The position numbers and the translations under genes are program-made. From the IMG/VR virus record IMGVR_UViG_3300017978_000280, positions 1 through 38,490 of that record: a stretch of DNA of 38,490 nucleotides. The stretch is one strand, 5' to 3'. This document shows positions 9,080 to 19,182 of this stretch, piece after piece (position 1 is the first letter of the stretch; each line of letters starts with the position of its first letter). Source of the stretch: a virus. Lineage: Duplodnaviria > Caudoviricetes. The notes under the pieces are model-generated. The model did no database searches. It saw only the letters and a program-made list of their open reading frames with translations, and was not told the DNA's origin.

Positions 9080-10561
9080 ATGGCGCTAATTCCGATTAAC
9101 ATTCCCCCCGGCGTATTTCGCAACGGCACTGAACTTCAGTCCGCCGGGCGGTGGTACGACGTTAATCTTGTGCGCTGGACAGAAGGCGCTATGGAGCCGG
9201 TTGGCGGCTGGGAGAAGCGCAACACTACCGCTCTAACGGGCAAGGCCCGCTCTTTGCTGGCGTGGAAGACGAACAGCGATGTACGCCTCATGGCTATCGG
9301 AACTTCGTCGAAACTTTATGCGGTAACACAATCCAATGTTCTGGTAGATATTACGCCTACTGGGTTTACTGCGGGTTCCGACGACGCTTCCACTGGTGCG
9401 GGTTACGGGATTGGTACTTACAGCGGTGGGTATTACGGCACACCTCGCCCAGACACTGGCTCGGTAACAGCCGCTACCACATGGTCGCTAGACACTTGGG
9501 GCGAATATCTTGTCGGTTGCTCAACGTCTGACGGCAAGCTGTATGAGTGGCAGCTTGATTATACAACGCCAACAAAAGCGGCTGTCATTACAAACGCGCC
9601 GACAAACTGCATCGGCTGTCTCGTCACTTCCGAGCGTTCAATGTTTGCGCTTGGCGCTTCTGGCGATGGCCGTAAGGTTGCGTGGTCCGATCTCGAAAAC
9701 AATACCGTCTGGACAGCCGCTTCTACCAATTTGGCGGGTAGCATTAAACTGCAAACTTCTGGGCGGATCATTACTGGTAAGCGCGTTCGCGGCCAGAACC
9801 TTATCCTGACAGACATTGACGCGCACACTCTGACATACGTGGGCCAGCCATTTGTGTATCAAGCAGAAATCGCGGGCCGTGCTTGCGGCGCTGCGTCTGC
9901 CAACTGCGTTGCCGTTCTCGACAATATGGCGGTGTGGATGGGCCAGAAGGGCTTCCACATCTACGATGGTTACGTCAAGCCTCTGCCATGCGAAGTCTAC
10001 GACTATGTGTTTAACAACATTAACACCAACCAAATCTCCAAAGTCTACGCGGTTAACAACGCGCAGTATAATGAAGTCTGGTGGTTCTACCCGTCGGCTA
10101 ACTCTAACGAGAACGACAGCTACGTTGCGTGGGATTATGTAGAGAACCATTGGACGATTGGCACGCTGGCCCGTACAGCGGGTACGGACCGCAGCGTGTT
10201 CCGCAACCCGATCATGATTGGTACAGACGGCTTCATCTACGACCACGAAGTTGGCCTGAACTACAGCGGGGCGCTGCCCTACGCTGAAAGCGGTCCGTTC
10301 CAGATTGGGAACGGCGACCAGATACTATACATCAACGAGATGATCCCCGACGAACGCAATCAGGGTAGCGTCTCCGCCACATTTAAGACGCGCTATTATC
10401 CGACCAGCGAGGAGTCAACTTACGGCCCGTATAGTTTGACACAGCCGACATCGGTTCGTTTCAACGGACGCCAGATAAAGATGCGCGTGACAACCACAAC
10501 GCCGTCTGATTGGCGTGTGGGGACGCAGCGCCTTAACGCAATTCCGGGTGGCCGTCGATGA
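9080..10561 (+). CDS. tail nozzle / packaged-DNA stabilisation protein (P22 gp10-like)
   Basis: 493-aa beta-rich protein, PPGV N-terminus, WSD.E and EVWWFYPS motifs; precedes the ejection genes. Confidence 0.75.
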   Translation: MALIPINIPPGVFRNGTELQSAGRWYDVNLVRWTEGAMEPVGGWEKRNTTALTGKARSLLAWKTNSDVRLMAIGTSSKLYAVTQSNVLVDITPTGFTAGSDDASTGAGYGIGTYSGGYYGTPRPDTGSVTAATTWSLDTWGEYLVGCSTSDGKLYEWQLDYTTPTKAAVITNAPTNCIGCLVTSERSMFALGASGDGRKVAWSDLENNTVWTAASTNLAGSIKLQTSGRIITGKRVRGQNLILTDIDAHTLTYVGQPFVYQAEIAGRACGAASANCVAVLDNMAVWMGQKGFHIYDGYVKPLPCEVYDYVFNNINTNQISKVYAVNNAQYNEVWWFYPSANSNENDSYVAWDYVENHWTIGTLARTAGTDRSVFRNPIMIGTDGFIYDHEVGLNYSGALPYAESGPFQIGNGDQILYINEMIPDERNQGSVSATFKTRYYPTSEESTYGPYSLTQPTSVRFNGRQIKMRVTTTTPSDWRVGTQRLNAIPGGRR

Positions 10562-10773
10562 CCCTTAAACTTCCTCCACCTCCCTCTCAGTACGACCCTG
10601 CATATGAGGCGCAGCGTAACCGCCTTATTGAATTGGCGGTTAATAGTAAGTATGAACAAGGGCTTGATGTAGGCATCTATCCTCCGGCTCGATTGATTAT
10701 GGTTGACGAAGACGGGCACGAGGTAGAAATCTATGTAAGTCACTCCGAACAAGTACGCGCACGGCACGCGTAA
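10558..10773 (+). CDS. hypothetical tail-module protein
   Basis: 71-aa ORF, ATGA overlap, LPPPP..YD motif. Confidence 0.65.
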   Translation: MTLKLPPPPSQYDPAYEAQRNRLIELAVNSKYEQGLDVGIYPPARLIMVDEDGHEVEIYVSHSEQVRARHA

Positions 10774-10843
10774 TGGGCTGTCAATTCATTTTGTTTTGTG
10801 TTAATAACGAAGGATTAAGCGGCCCAACCGCACGGGGAATATA

Positions 10844-11692
10844 ATGGCGACTACAACTACTACGCAAACTCAGGCGCTCAATCCTTTCATTCAGGATATT
10901 CTAGCGCGCAACTATGGGGCCGCACAGCAAGTCGCGGCTATTCCGTATCAGGCATATCAGGGGCCACGCATTGCAGGCTTCCGCCCCGCTGAAGAGCAGG
11001 CGTTCCAGACCGCGGTCAACGCTGCAACCCAGCAAGTTGGGATGCCGCAACTTCAGCAAGCCACCCAAGTTGCTCAGCGTGCAGCAGGCTACACGCCGCA
11101 GCAGTTTCAGCAAGATGTCTCCGGCTTCATGTCGCCGTTCCAGACCAACGTCATCGACGCCACGATGGCCCGTCTCGCACAGAACCGCGCTGAACGTGAC
11201 GCTTCTACTAAGGCTCAGCTTGCCGCATCGCGGGCATTCGGTAACGAACGTCGTGGCGTATATGAAGCGCAGCTTGCAGGCGAAGAAGATTTGAATACGG
11301 CTCAGACGCTGGCGAACCTGTATAATCAGGGATACACGCAAGCCGCTGGGTTTGCACAGGGTCTGCCGGGCCAGCAGCTTGCGGGTGCATCTGCTCTTGC
11401 GGGCTACGGACAACAGGCGCTGGGCAATCAGCAGGCATACGCCGCGATGCTTCAAGGCGCAGGCCAAGCACAGCGCGGCATGGCCCAGCAGAACCTCGAT
11501 CTGGCCTACAAAGACTTCCTCGAACAGCGCGGCTTCCCACAGCAGCAGCTTCAGACTTTGCTCATGGGTTCGCAGGGTCTTCCGTCTCCAATGACACAGA
11601 CGACAACCGCACCCGGCCAGTCAACGCTCGGCCAAATTGGGTCGGCTGCTTCGGCAATCGGCGGTGTTCTCGATCTCTTCAAGAAGGGCTAA
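10844..11692 (+). CDS. DNA ejection/pilot protein
   Basis: Gln/Ala-rich, AFGNERRG motif, C-terminal Gly-zipper (LGQIGSAASAIGG). Confidence 0.7.
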   Translation: MATTTTTQTQALNPFIQDILARNYGAAQQVAAIPYQAYQGPRIAGFRPAEEQAFQTAVNAATQQVGMPQLQQATQVAQRAAGYTPQQFQQDVSGFMSPFQTNVIDATMARLAQNRAERDASTKAQLAASRAFGNERRGVYEAQLAGEEDLNTAQTLANLYNQGYTQAAGFAQGLPGQQLAGASALAGYGQQALGNQQAYAAMLQGAGQAQRGMAQQNLDLAYKDFLEQRGFPQQQLQTLLMGSQGLPSPMTQTTTAPGQSTLGQIGSAASAIGGVLDLFKKG

Positions 11693-11696
11693 TTAG

Positions 11697-12686
11697 ATGC
11701 CGACCCCAATGGAAACCTTGATGCAATCATTGGTCCCGAACCGCACTCCGCCGGGTGGCGTGGTACGTTCTGTCGGGGCTATGCCTGCTATCGCGCCACA
11801 AGCTGTTGCTCCGGTAGGGATTGCGCCTCCCGCCGCACCCGCAGCGCCGCAGCTTTCACCGACGGCAAAGTACATTGCGGATATGCAGGCTCTCATGAGC
11901 GGCGGTGTTGGCCCGCTATCGACTGGCGAAAAGATCAGCGCGCTTGGTCAAGTGCTTCAGGCCGCAGGTAGCCGTGGCGCTTCTGACCCGGCTGCTGTTC
12001 TTCAGAGCGTGCGTAAGCAGCAGATGGATAAACTGAACGCGCAGTATCAGATCGCCCAGTTGCAGCAGTCCCAGCAGCAGGCGGCGCAGCAGCGCGCCGC
12101 TATTGAGAAATATAAAGTTGCACTTGAGCCGGATCAGATTAACGCGCTTGAAGGTTTGCCGCTTGAAGAGCAGGCGAAGAAGGTTGCCGAGATTGCTTTC
12201 CGCCAAGATCAGGTCCGTGAAATTAAACGTGACAGTGATGGCAAGACGCGCTACATTTTTGTCAGTGGCAAGAGCAAAGAGGCGGACTTTGATCTTCCAA
12301 TCGGTTATGAGAAGATTGACACAGGCAACGGCTTTAAGTTTTATAATAAAGATAATCCGACTGAGTATCTTAAAGACGCATCAGGTAAGGAAGTGTTTGT
12401 TCCGCAGCAGATGACTGCGTATCAGCGCGAGAGTCTCGGCCTGCGCCGCCAAGAAATCGCAAGGGCAGATGCACGGGCACGAATGGGCGGTGTGGACTAT
12501 CTTCCCAAGCCGACCATTGGTATTATCGATGGCAAAGCAACTTATGTTCAGTGGGACAAAAAGAGGCAAAAATTAGTTCCGTTTAAGCAGCCGGGACTGA
12601 CACCGCCATCTAGAGGCGGCATGTCAGCTAATCAACTAGGGCCTGATGTCGAGGCACTTTTGGCTCAGGGACTTAACGTAGAATAA
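11697..12686 (+). CDS. putative DNA ejection protein
   Basis: 329 aa, Pro/Ala N-terminus and Gln coiled coil; between pilot and large ejection genes. Confidence 0.55.
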   Translation: MPTPMETLMQSLVPNRTPPGGVVRSVGAMPAIAPQAVAPVGIAPPAAPAAPQLSPTAKYIADMQALMSGGVGPLSTGEKISALGQVLQAAGSRGASDPAAVLQSVRKQQMDKLNAQYQIAQLQQSQQQAAQQRAAIEKYKVALEPDQINALEGLPLEEQAKKVAEIAFRQDQVREIKRDSDGKTRYIFVSGKSKEADFDLPIGYEKIDTGNGFKFYNKDNPTEYLKDASGKEVFVPQQMTAYQRESLGLRRQEIARADARARMGGVDYLPKPTIGIIDGKATYVQWDKKRQKLVPFKQPGLTPPSRGGMSANQLGPDVEALLAQGLNVE

Positions 12687-12695
12687 GGAGCCTTC

Positions 12696-15600
12696 ATGGC
12701 CGAGGAGAAGCCGAAAGGCGAACCAGTATTCCTGAAAATTCCTACCACTGGGGAGACGATAACGCTTCCCGGTGTAACATCGCTTAGCAGTAACGATGAA
12801 CTTAAAGCTGCAGCCGATGCTTGGATCGCAAAGAATTACAAAGGTCCACTGCTTGCGGCTCCTGTTGTCGCACGTTTGCCGGTAACAGGGGAAAGTGCTG
12901 TTATTGCGAACCGTCAACCGGAACTAAAAGCTGCTACCCCGACATTTACAGAAAACCTTTATGACGCAATAACTTCCGGCGTTGCAAATGTAGCAGGCGT
13001 TCTTCCCGGTTTCGATGAGCGCGGCGCTGCTCAGTACGGACGCGATGTAGTTCGAAATTTTGAAACTCTTCTCGGAATGCAGACCGAGATGAAAACTGCG
13101 GATGAGCAATCGGGGCTAAAAGCCTATAGCCCGGATACCATAACAACAGGCATTTACGACGCACTCGCTTCCGGCGTTGCGAATGTAGCGGGGTTACTTC
13201 CCGGTTTCGATGAACGCGAGGCGGCCATATACGGTCAAGATGTAGTTTCAAACATCGAAAGCTTACTCGGCCTTCAGGCGACGGAACGTAGCCTGAGTAA
13301 CATCGCTAAGCGTCGCGGAACAGGTGGCGACTATTTAACTGCGGGGCTTACCCTCGCGCCATTTGCGGCTAAACCAATAGCGTCGGGTTTCCGTCGTGTC
13401 GCGCCAGAATTTAGCGCGGCTGCTGGCCGCTTTGCTACTGGCCCTGTCGCAGTTGCAGATGAAATTGCCGCAGCGGTTCCGGAAACTGCGCTCACCCCGG
13501 AGATGGCCGCAGTTGTTAGGCCCGTTGCTCCCGCCCCTGTTGTGCCGGAGACGTTGGTAAAGGCAAAGCCTGTTGAGTTGCCGGAAGCCCCCGTGGCCGC
13601 AGCAGCAATTCCTGAAGCAGCAATCCCTGAAGCTGCGGTAGCACCGACACCTACTCCAGAGATTGCCCCAGCTATCACGCCTGAGCGTGTAGGTGAGATG
13701 CGCGCAAGCGCCGAAGATGTTATAAAAGGCATGGCCGCTGGCACGCCGGAAGCCCCTGTACCGGAACGTATCGGTACATTAAAATCTTCCAACTTTCAGA
13801 CACCCGACGAAACCAAGCGGTTTCTATCAGACGTAGCCAAGGCTAATAAGGACTTCCCTGAAGCCCGACGCGGCACGATGACTATTGAGCAGATCAATGA
13901 GTTGTCGAAGGACGTTAATCTCAAAGATATTCTCGGTCGTAAGATCAGTATGCCTTTGAACGCCGAGCAAATTCAGGCGGCAAAGAGTGTCGTTTACCAG
14001 AACACTGAAGATGCTGTAGCCAAGGCGAAAGCGTGGGTGGCTTCTGGTGGTCAAGACCCTGTAGCTTTTCAAGAGGCAGTGGATAGTCTTGTTTCTAACA
14101 CGGCGTTTCTTGAGACACTTCAGGGCGCGAGTTCCGAACTTGGCCGGGCGATGCGCGTTCTTCGTGAGCGTCCGTCCGTCGATCTTTCGATTGCCATGAA
14201 GCAGCTTCTCGAACAGCGGGCCAAAGGGGTATCGACTGAAGAGTTGATCCAAAGCCTTGCAACGTTTGACGACCCTGCCTCCGCCGCTAAGTTTGTTGGC
14301 AAAATTGCAACGCCAACATGGAAGGACAAGTTTAAAGAATACTACATAAACTTCTGGCTGTCTGGTATTAAAACTCAAACAATCAACCTTGCTTCAAACG
14401 TGCTGACGGCGGTGTCCCCGCTTATCGAAAAGCCATTGGAAGCGGGTATCGGCGCGTTACGACGCACACCTGATCGGGTTACTTTCCGTGAAGTCGGAGC
14501 GCGGGTAGCGGGAATGCGCCAAGGTACACGCGAAGGGCTTAAACTTGCAGCGCAGGCATTCAAAACGGGAGAGGCGCAAAGCCGAGTAACGCGGCTTGAT
14601 GTTCAACGCAATGCTATCGGTGGCCCAGTCGGTGAAGTGGTCCGCATCCCTACCCGGCTCCTGCTTACGCAAGATGAGTTCTTCAAATCTATCGCCCGCC
14701 GAGGTGAATTGAACGCGCAGGCATTTAAGAAAGCCTTTGATGAAAGCGGCGGTAATAAGCAAAAGCTAGACGAATTATTTACTAAGTATAAAGAAGAGCC
14801 AACCGAAGCCATGCAAAAGGCGGCGGAGCGCGAAGCTGAGTACCGCACGTTCCAATCGGAACTTGGGCAGACAGGTAAAAACTTTCAGCGGTTCCTCGCG
14901 CAATCCCCTACCGCTTCGTTCTTTATTCCATTCTTTAAATCTCCGGCCAATCTTTTAAAGTATGCGGCAGAGCGGTCCCCCCTCGCCCCGCTGTCAGACA
15001 GATGGATGACCGAGATAAAGGCCGGAGGACGGCAGCGTGACGAGGCTTTGGCGAAACTATCGCTAGGTATTGGCGCGACTGGTGCGTTAGTTAGCTACGC
15101 ACTTGAAGGAAAGATTACTGGTTCCGGGCCTACCGACCCTAAAGAAAGAGCGGCGTTGCTGGCGACTGGTTGGCAGCCGTATAGTATTAAGGTAGGCGAT
15201 ACATACTACTCCATCGGTAAACTCGACCCGTACGCCACGCTCTTTGGTGTGGTGGCGGATGCGGTAACTGCTAAGGATTATATGACGCAAGAGGAATACG
15301 AAAAGGCATTAGCCTTCATTCCTTTTTCTATCGCATCCAACATCGCTCAGAAAACATATCTGCAAGGCTTCACTAATCTCTATGAAAGCCTTGCTGGCGA
15401 TTACGCGGATATTACAACTGTCGAAAAGTTCATACGCGACACCGCCGCTGGCCTTGCAGTTCCAAACTTATTCCGCCAAGCGGGGGCCGCGATTGATCCG
15501 CAAGTACGCGAAGCAAATTCGATCATCAAGGAAGTACAGAATCGTATCCCAGTTATTCGCGGCAACACCTTCACGATTGCGGGTACGGACTACGACATCA

Positions 15601-16097
15601 ATCGGGTTCCTAATAAACTTAATGTTTGGGGCGATCCAATTACGCGGACAGGCGCGCTACCCGTAGCCGGACGACCGACTATCGACCAAGTTGGCGCTAT
15701 CTCGTTCAATTTATTGTCACCGGTCGGTATGTCCACGACAACAAAAGACCCATTCTTGAAAGAGATTGGGCGGCTTCAGCTTGGTGTCGCGCCCCCCAAA
15801 AAAGAGGTTAGCCTGTCGATTAATGTCGAGGGACGAGAGAAGCCGGTTAAATTTAAAATTGAACTTACGGATCAAGAGCGCCGTCAATTTACATTTACTT
15901 CGGGTAAACTGGGCAAGGCTCTTATTCAGGCAGATATGGCCTCGCCGGAATGGAAAGAGTTAGACGACGATGAGCGCCGTGCGAAAATAAAAAAGCGCAT
16001 GGAGTTTTCTCGGTCTGCATTCCGTACGACATTTGGCGTCATGGCGCTCAAGCGCTACGCCAAGGAAAATAAAAAACTCCCACCAGTACAGCCGTAG
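12696..16097 (+). CDS. large internal virion (ejection) protein
   Basis: 1133 aa, AAGGAG SD; FIPF.K.P.N, ITG.GP, GWQPYSIK and LNVWG motifs of large podophage internal proteins; internal duplication. Confidence 0.7.
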   Translation: MAEEKPKGEPVFLKIPTTGETITLPGVTSLSSNDELKAAADAWIAKNYKGPLLAAPVVARLPVTGESAVIANRQPELKAATPTFTENLYDAITSGVANVAGVLPGFDERGAAQYGRDVVRNFETLLGMQTEMKTADEQSGLKAYSPDTITTGIYDALASGVANVAGLLPGFDEREAAIYGQDVVSNIESLLGLQATERSLSNIAKRRGTGGDYLTAGLTLAPFAAKPIASGFRRVAPEFSAAAGRFATGPVAVADEIAAAVPETALTPEMAAVVRPVAPAPVVPETLVKAKPVELPEAPVAAAAIPEAAIPEAAVAPTPTPEIAPAITPERVGEMRASAEDVIKGMAAGTPEAPVPERIGTLKSSNFQTPDETKRFLSDVAKANKDFPEARRGTMTIEQINELSKDVNLKDILGRKISMPLNAEQIQAAKSVVYQNTEDAVAKAKAWVASGGQDPVAFQEAVDSLVSNTAFLETLQGASSELGRAMRVLRERPSVDLSIAMKQLLEQRAKGVSTEELIQSLATFDDPASAAKFVGKIATPTWKDKFKEYYINFWLSGIKTQTINLASNVLTAVSPLIEKPLEAGIGALRRTPDRVTFREVGARVAGMRQGTREGLKLAAQAFKTGEAQSRVTRLDVQRNAIGGPVGEVVRIPTRLLLTQDEFFKSIARRGELNAQAFKKAFDESGGNKQKLDELFTKYKEEPTEAMQKAAEREAEYRTFQSELGQTGKNFQRFLAQSPTASFFIPFFKSPANLLKYAAERSPLAPLSDRWMTEIKAGGRQRDEALAKLSLGIGATGALVSYALEGKITGSGPTDPKERAALLATGWQPYSIKVGDTYYSIGKLDPYATLFGVVADAVTAKDYMTQEEYEKALAFIPFSIASNIAQKTYLQGFTNLYESLAGDYADITTVEKFIRDTAAGLAVPNLFRQAGAAIDPQVREANSIIKEVQNRIPVIRGNTFTIAGTDYDINRVPNKLNVWGDPITRTGALPVAGRPTIDQVGAISFNLLSPVGMSTTTKDPFLKEIGRLQLGVAPPKKEVSLSINVEGREKPVKFKIELTDQERRQFTFTSGKLGKALIQADMASPEWKELDDDERRAKIKKRMEFSRSAFRTTFGVMALKRYAKENKKLPPVQP

Positions 16098-16105
16098 GTA
16101 TAGTA

Positions 16106-16228
16106 ATGGCCAAGAAGAGTAGCGTTAAGGATATGTCATGGCGTCCGCAGCCAAAGTCGAAGCGTCGCCACAAACCCGACGGGCTTCGCCATCGTAAGAA
16201 GCTAGGACCCAGAAGCCACTTGCGGTAA
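16106..16228 (+). CDS. 40-aa highly basic peptide (not in ORF track)
   Basis: MAKKSSVKDMSWRPQPKSKRRHKPDGLRHRKKLGPRSHLR; AGGT SD upstream. Confidence 0.5.
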   Translation: MAKKSSVKDMSWRPQPKSKRRHKPDGLRHRKKLGPRSHLR

Positions 16229-16267
16229 CCCCATAAATATCGTATGCGGCTTTATAGGAGGCCGTAT

Positions 16268-16849
16268 ATGGAACAATGGAAGCTGCACCCAACGCTACCG
16301 GGCGTTTGGGTATCTACAATCGGAAATGTTAAAAGAGAAATAAATAAGTCGCACCCTGAGCGCGGTAAACCGTGGCATTATTTCAAGCCACATGTGGCCG
16401 TTGACAAAACAGGGTACGCAGTTTTGCGTGTATCTATTCGCAGAAAGAACCATACCGTGGCTCGGTTGGTCGCGCAAACTTTTCTCGGCCTAGAGCCAGA
16501 TCAAGTTGTTCGCCATAGAAACAACAACTCGCAAGACAATCGGGTGGCCAACCTAGACATTGGAAGCCAACGGGAAAACATAGCGGACAAAGCCGCACAC
16601 GGAACGTGGCAGGGTGGAGACAGGCATCCGTGTGCTAAGTATTCAGACGAACTAATTGCGGCAATACAGTCCGACCTTGAAGTGACTGAGAAGAAAAGAG
16701 GGGTGGCTAAATCTCTCGCGTTAAAGTATAATATCCCCGTGCACGTCATCCGTGACGTGTCCTATGGAAGAAGAAAAACTTTTTCCCAAAGATTAAAGGA
16801 AGCCAAGTGCGGATACTTGGATGCGACGTTGGCGCGTTCGGAGCAATAG
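16268..16849 (+). CDS. free-standing HNH endonuclease
   Basis: VARLVAQTFLG...VRHRNNNSQDNRVANL HNH motif; AGGAGG SD before ATG 16268. Confidence 0.85.
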   Translation: MEQWKLHPTLPGVWVSTIGNVKREINKSHPERGKPWHYFKPHVAVDKTGYAVLRVSIRRKNHTVARLVAQTFLGLEPDQVVRHRNNNSQDNRVANLDIGSQRENIADKAAHGTWQGGDRHPCAKYSDELIAAIQSDLEVTEKKRGVAKSLALKYNIPVHVIRDVSYGRRKTFSQRLKEAKCGYLDATLARSEQ

Positions 16850-17334
16850 CTATTCTAGATACGGATAGCCGAGAACTTGTCGTCATTGACATGCCTACAC
16901 TAAAGGTCAAGCGTGGGCCGCGTGTCGTCAATCAGGTTGACGCGCACATGCTGACTGATGCGCTCCGCCCGCATGTAGACAGCGATACCAAGGCCCTTAT
17001 CGAGAAGGTCCACGCCATGCCGGGCCAAGGTGTGTCCTCGATGTTCAGCTTCGGCAGAGCGGCGGGTATCGTCGAAGGCGTTCTTGCTGGCCTGTCTGTA
17101 TCTTTTGAGTTGATACCGCCTGCGACTTGGATTAAGTCTATGCGCACGTTCGGAGGGAAGGACGGCAGTCGTCAGCGGGCGCAAGAGTTGTTCCCGGATT
17201 ACGCCCATCTCTTCGCACGGAAAAAGGACGACGGCCGGGCCGAAGCTGCGCTTCTTGCTTGCTACGCCGCCGAGAGGGAAGACAATGAACCATCTATTCG
17301 ATTACCAAAAGGTCGGCGCAGACTTTCTCTGTGA
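16807..17334 (+). CDS. RuvC-like Holliday junction resolvase
   Basis: ILGCD.G..GAIA, IEKV, SMFSFG, P..W.K, DGRAEA motifs; GTG start with AAGGA SD. Confidence 0.85.
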   Translation: MRILGCDVGAFGAIAILDTDSRELVVIDMPTLKVKRGPRVVNQVDAHMLTDALRPHVDSDTKALIEKVHAMPGQGVSSMFSFGRAAGIVEGVLAGLSVSFELIPPATWIKSMRTFGGKDGSRQRAQELFPDYAHLFARKKDDGRAEAALLACYAAEREDNEPSIRLPKGRRRLSL

Positions 17335-18568
17335 GAACCCGGCCGCATTCCTTGCCGATGAGCAGGGCCTTGGCAAAACACTTCAAGTTATCGCGGCCTG
17401 TGATAAACTCGGCCTAACAAAGGTCGTCGTAATTTGCCCGGCCATTGCCAAGATTAACTGGCGTCGTGAGTTTGAGCGGTGGGGAACCGTTGAGCGCGAA
17501 GTCAAAGTCTTTAGCTACGATAAGATTACGCAATCGAAGGAGGTCCGCAATGAAATCGCAAAGTTTGAGCCAGACGTTCTGGTTCTGGATGAGGCGCATT
17601 ATCTGCGCAACCGTACTGCTAAGCGCACAAAGTATCTATATGGTCAGTACTGTCGCGGCGATGGCCTTGTTCGTTTCGCTGATCGTGTTTGGCTTCTTAG
17701 TGGTACTCCCCTTCCTTCTAACGTCAGCGATTTCTGGACGCATCTCAAAGCGATTTGGCAGTACCCTCTAAACTTCACCGACTTTACCATGTATTTCTGC
17801 AAGACTTGGAACGGTAAGTTCGGCTTGCAAATTCTTGGCAACAAGACTGAACGCATGGCCGAGTTCAAGACCGTGCTGAAAGCAATCATGCTGCGCCGTA
17901 AATCCGAAATTGTGTTAAAGGATTTGCCGCCTATATGGTGGCAGGATACTTCGATAGAAGTAGCTAACTGGAGCGATACTAAGCACATCGAAGACCCGCG
18001 AGAAAAGGAGGCAGTTGACGCTATCCTTGCTAACGCCCTGACAAATGAAGATTTGTCCGAAAAGATAGACGGCATCGCCCCGCATATCGCGTCACTTCGT
18101 CGGCTGACTGGTGTAGCCAAGGCAGCGCCCATCGCCACACAGATAGCGGGCGAGTTGGCCGATGATGCCTACGACAAGATTGTAATCTTCGCCTACCATA
18201 CCGATGCGATACAGACGCTTTACGATAAGCTGAAAGACTTTAATCCGGTGGTGGTTGCAGGTGGTATGCCAACGGCTGAACGCCAAGCGGCGATTGATAA
18301 CTTCCAAACCGATCCGAAGGTGCGCGTATTCATTGGCCAAATCACGGCCTGCTCGACAGCCATTACCTTAACCGCCGCAAATCAGGTGGCGTTTGTCGAG
18401 ATGGATTGGCTGAACTCTACTAATGCACAAGCGGCCAAGCGTTGCCATAGGATCGGCCAGCTAAAGCCAGTGATTGTTCGCGTGTTCTCGTTAGCCAATT
18501 CGGTAGACGAACACGTCAACAAGATACTTGCGCGTAAAGCCCAGATGATTTCTGAGGCTTTAGATTGA
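17285..18568 (+). CDS. SNF2-family (SF2) helicase
   Basis: LADEQGLGKT, DEAH, LSGTP, QA.KRCHRIGQ motifs; GAGAGGGA SD before ATG 17285. Confidence 0.9.
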   Translation: MNHLFDYQKVGADFLCENPAAFLADEQGLGKTLQVIAACDKLGLTKVVVICPAIAKINWRREFERWGTVEREVKVFSYDKITQSKEVRNEIAKFEPDVLVLDEAHYLRNRTAKRTKYLYGQYCRGDGLVRFADRVWLLSGTPLPSNVSDFWTHLKAIWQYPLNFTDFTMYFCKTWNGKFGLQILGNKTERMAEFKTVLKAIMLRRKSEIVLKDLPPIWWQDTSIEVANWSDTKHIEDPREKEAVDAILANALTNEDLSEKIDGIAPHIASLRRLTGVAKAAPIATQIAGELADDAYDKIVIFAYHTDAIQTLYDKLKDFNPVVVAGGMPTAERQAAIDNFQTDPKVRVFIGQITACSTAITLTAANQVAFVEMDWLNSTNAQAAKRCHRIGQLKPVIVRVFSLANSVDEHVNKILARKAQMISEALD

Positions 18569-18570
18569 GA

Positions 18571-18609
18571 AGGGCCGGGGCGACTTCCAACTCCCCGGCC
18601 CTCCCTTTT
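18571..18609. terminator. hairpin between convergent helicase and SSB genes
   Basis: agggccgggg...ccccggccct 10-bp stem followed by ccctttt. Confidence 0.7.
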
Positions 18610-18611
18610 AC

Positions 18612-19172
18612 TTAGAGCAAATCGTCAAGGTCGGAGATGTCTGCGGACGGGCGTTCCGTCGCTGTGAACTCGTCCGCAGCAGACAGGCGGCCATCCATAC
18701 GGGGGCCGTCGGCTACCTTCTGAAGATTGCCCAGTGAGAAAGCAACGCCGTTGTTGCCGTTCACGCTGTACGCATAAGCGCGCAGCGAGGCACGGACCTT
18801 GGCCCCCGGATAGATTTCCTTGGGGTCCGTGATCGGAGCAGGCTTGCCGTTCTCGCCAGCAAACTTGCTGACCACACCGGGGGCTTGCTTAGATTTGACG
18901 TTCATAAAGACCGACCCTTCAGGGTAGCCCTTCTCTTCGCCATCGTTACGGAAAGGCATACGGATTTTGCCGCTTTCCACCATAGATTTAGTCTTGTCTC
19001 CCCACTTCTCCTTGGCCACAGCAGCGGCCGTTGCCTTGAGTTCGGACAAGTCAGTGCCATCAGGGAACACAAGGCAGCAAGAATAGACTGGCTCAGTTGC
19101 GCCCGGAGGTGTCTGCGGTTCGAACACATGCGGATAAGAGATGATTGCTTCGGGTGTAATAACTTTTGACAT
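18612..19172 (-). CDS. single-stranded DNA-binding protein (DUF2815/Enc34-like)
   Basis: SYPHVFEP, P.RNDG, IYPG, AY...GNNGVAFSLGNLQKV.DG motifs, acidic tail; AAGGA SD. Confidence 0.85.
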   Translation of the reverse strand: MSKVITPEAIISYPHVFEPQTPPGATEPVYSCCLVFPDGTDLSELKATAAAVAKEKWGDKTKSMVESGKIRMPFRNDGEEKGYPEGSVFMNVKSKQAPGVVSKFAGENGKPAPITDPKEIYPGAKVRASLRAYAYSVNGNNGVAFSLGNLQKVADGPRMDGRLSAADEFTATERPSADISDLDDLL

Positions 19173-19182
19173 CGGTATTTCC

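Noticed and set aside
10801-10818. CtrA box (TTAA-N7-TTAA), also considered at ~1769-1783
   Set aside because: Spacing is wrong or a mismatch is required; AT-rich intergenic DNA explains it.
12885-12920. Fourth TonB-box-like motif (GESAVIANR) in the large ejection protein
   Set aside because: Too degenerate to support without homologue alignments.
12924-13277. Diversity-generating retroelement TR/VR pair (also considered for 33777/34380)
   Set aside because: Both copies are in frame within one gene, differences are not adenine-specific, and no reverse transcriptase is present.
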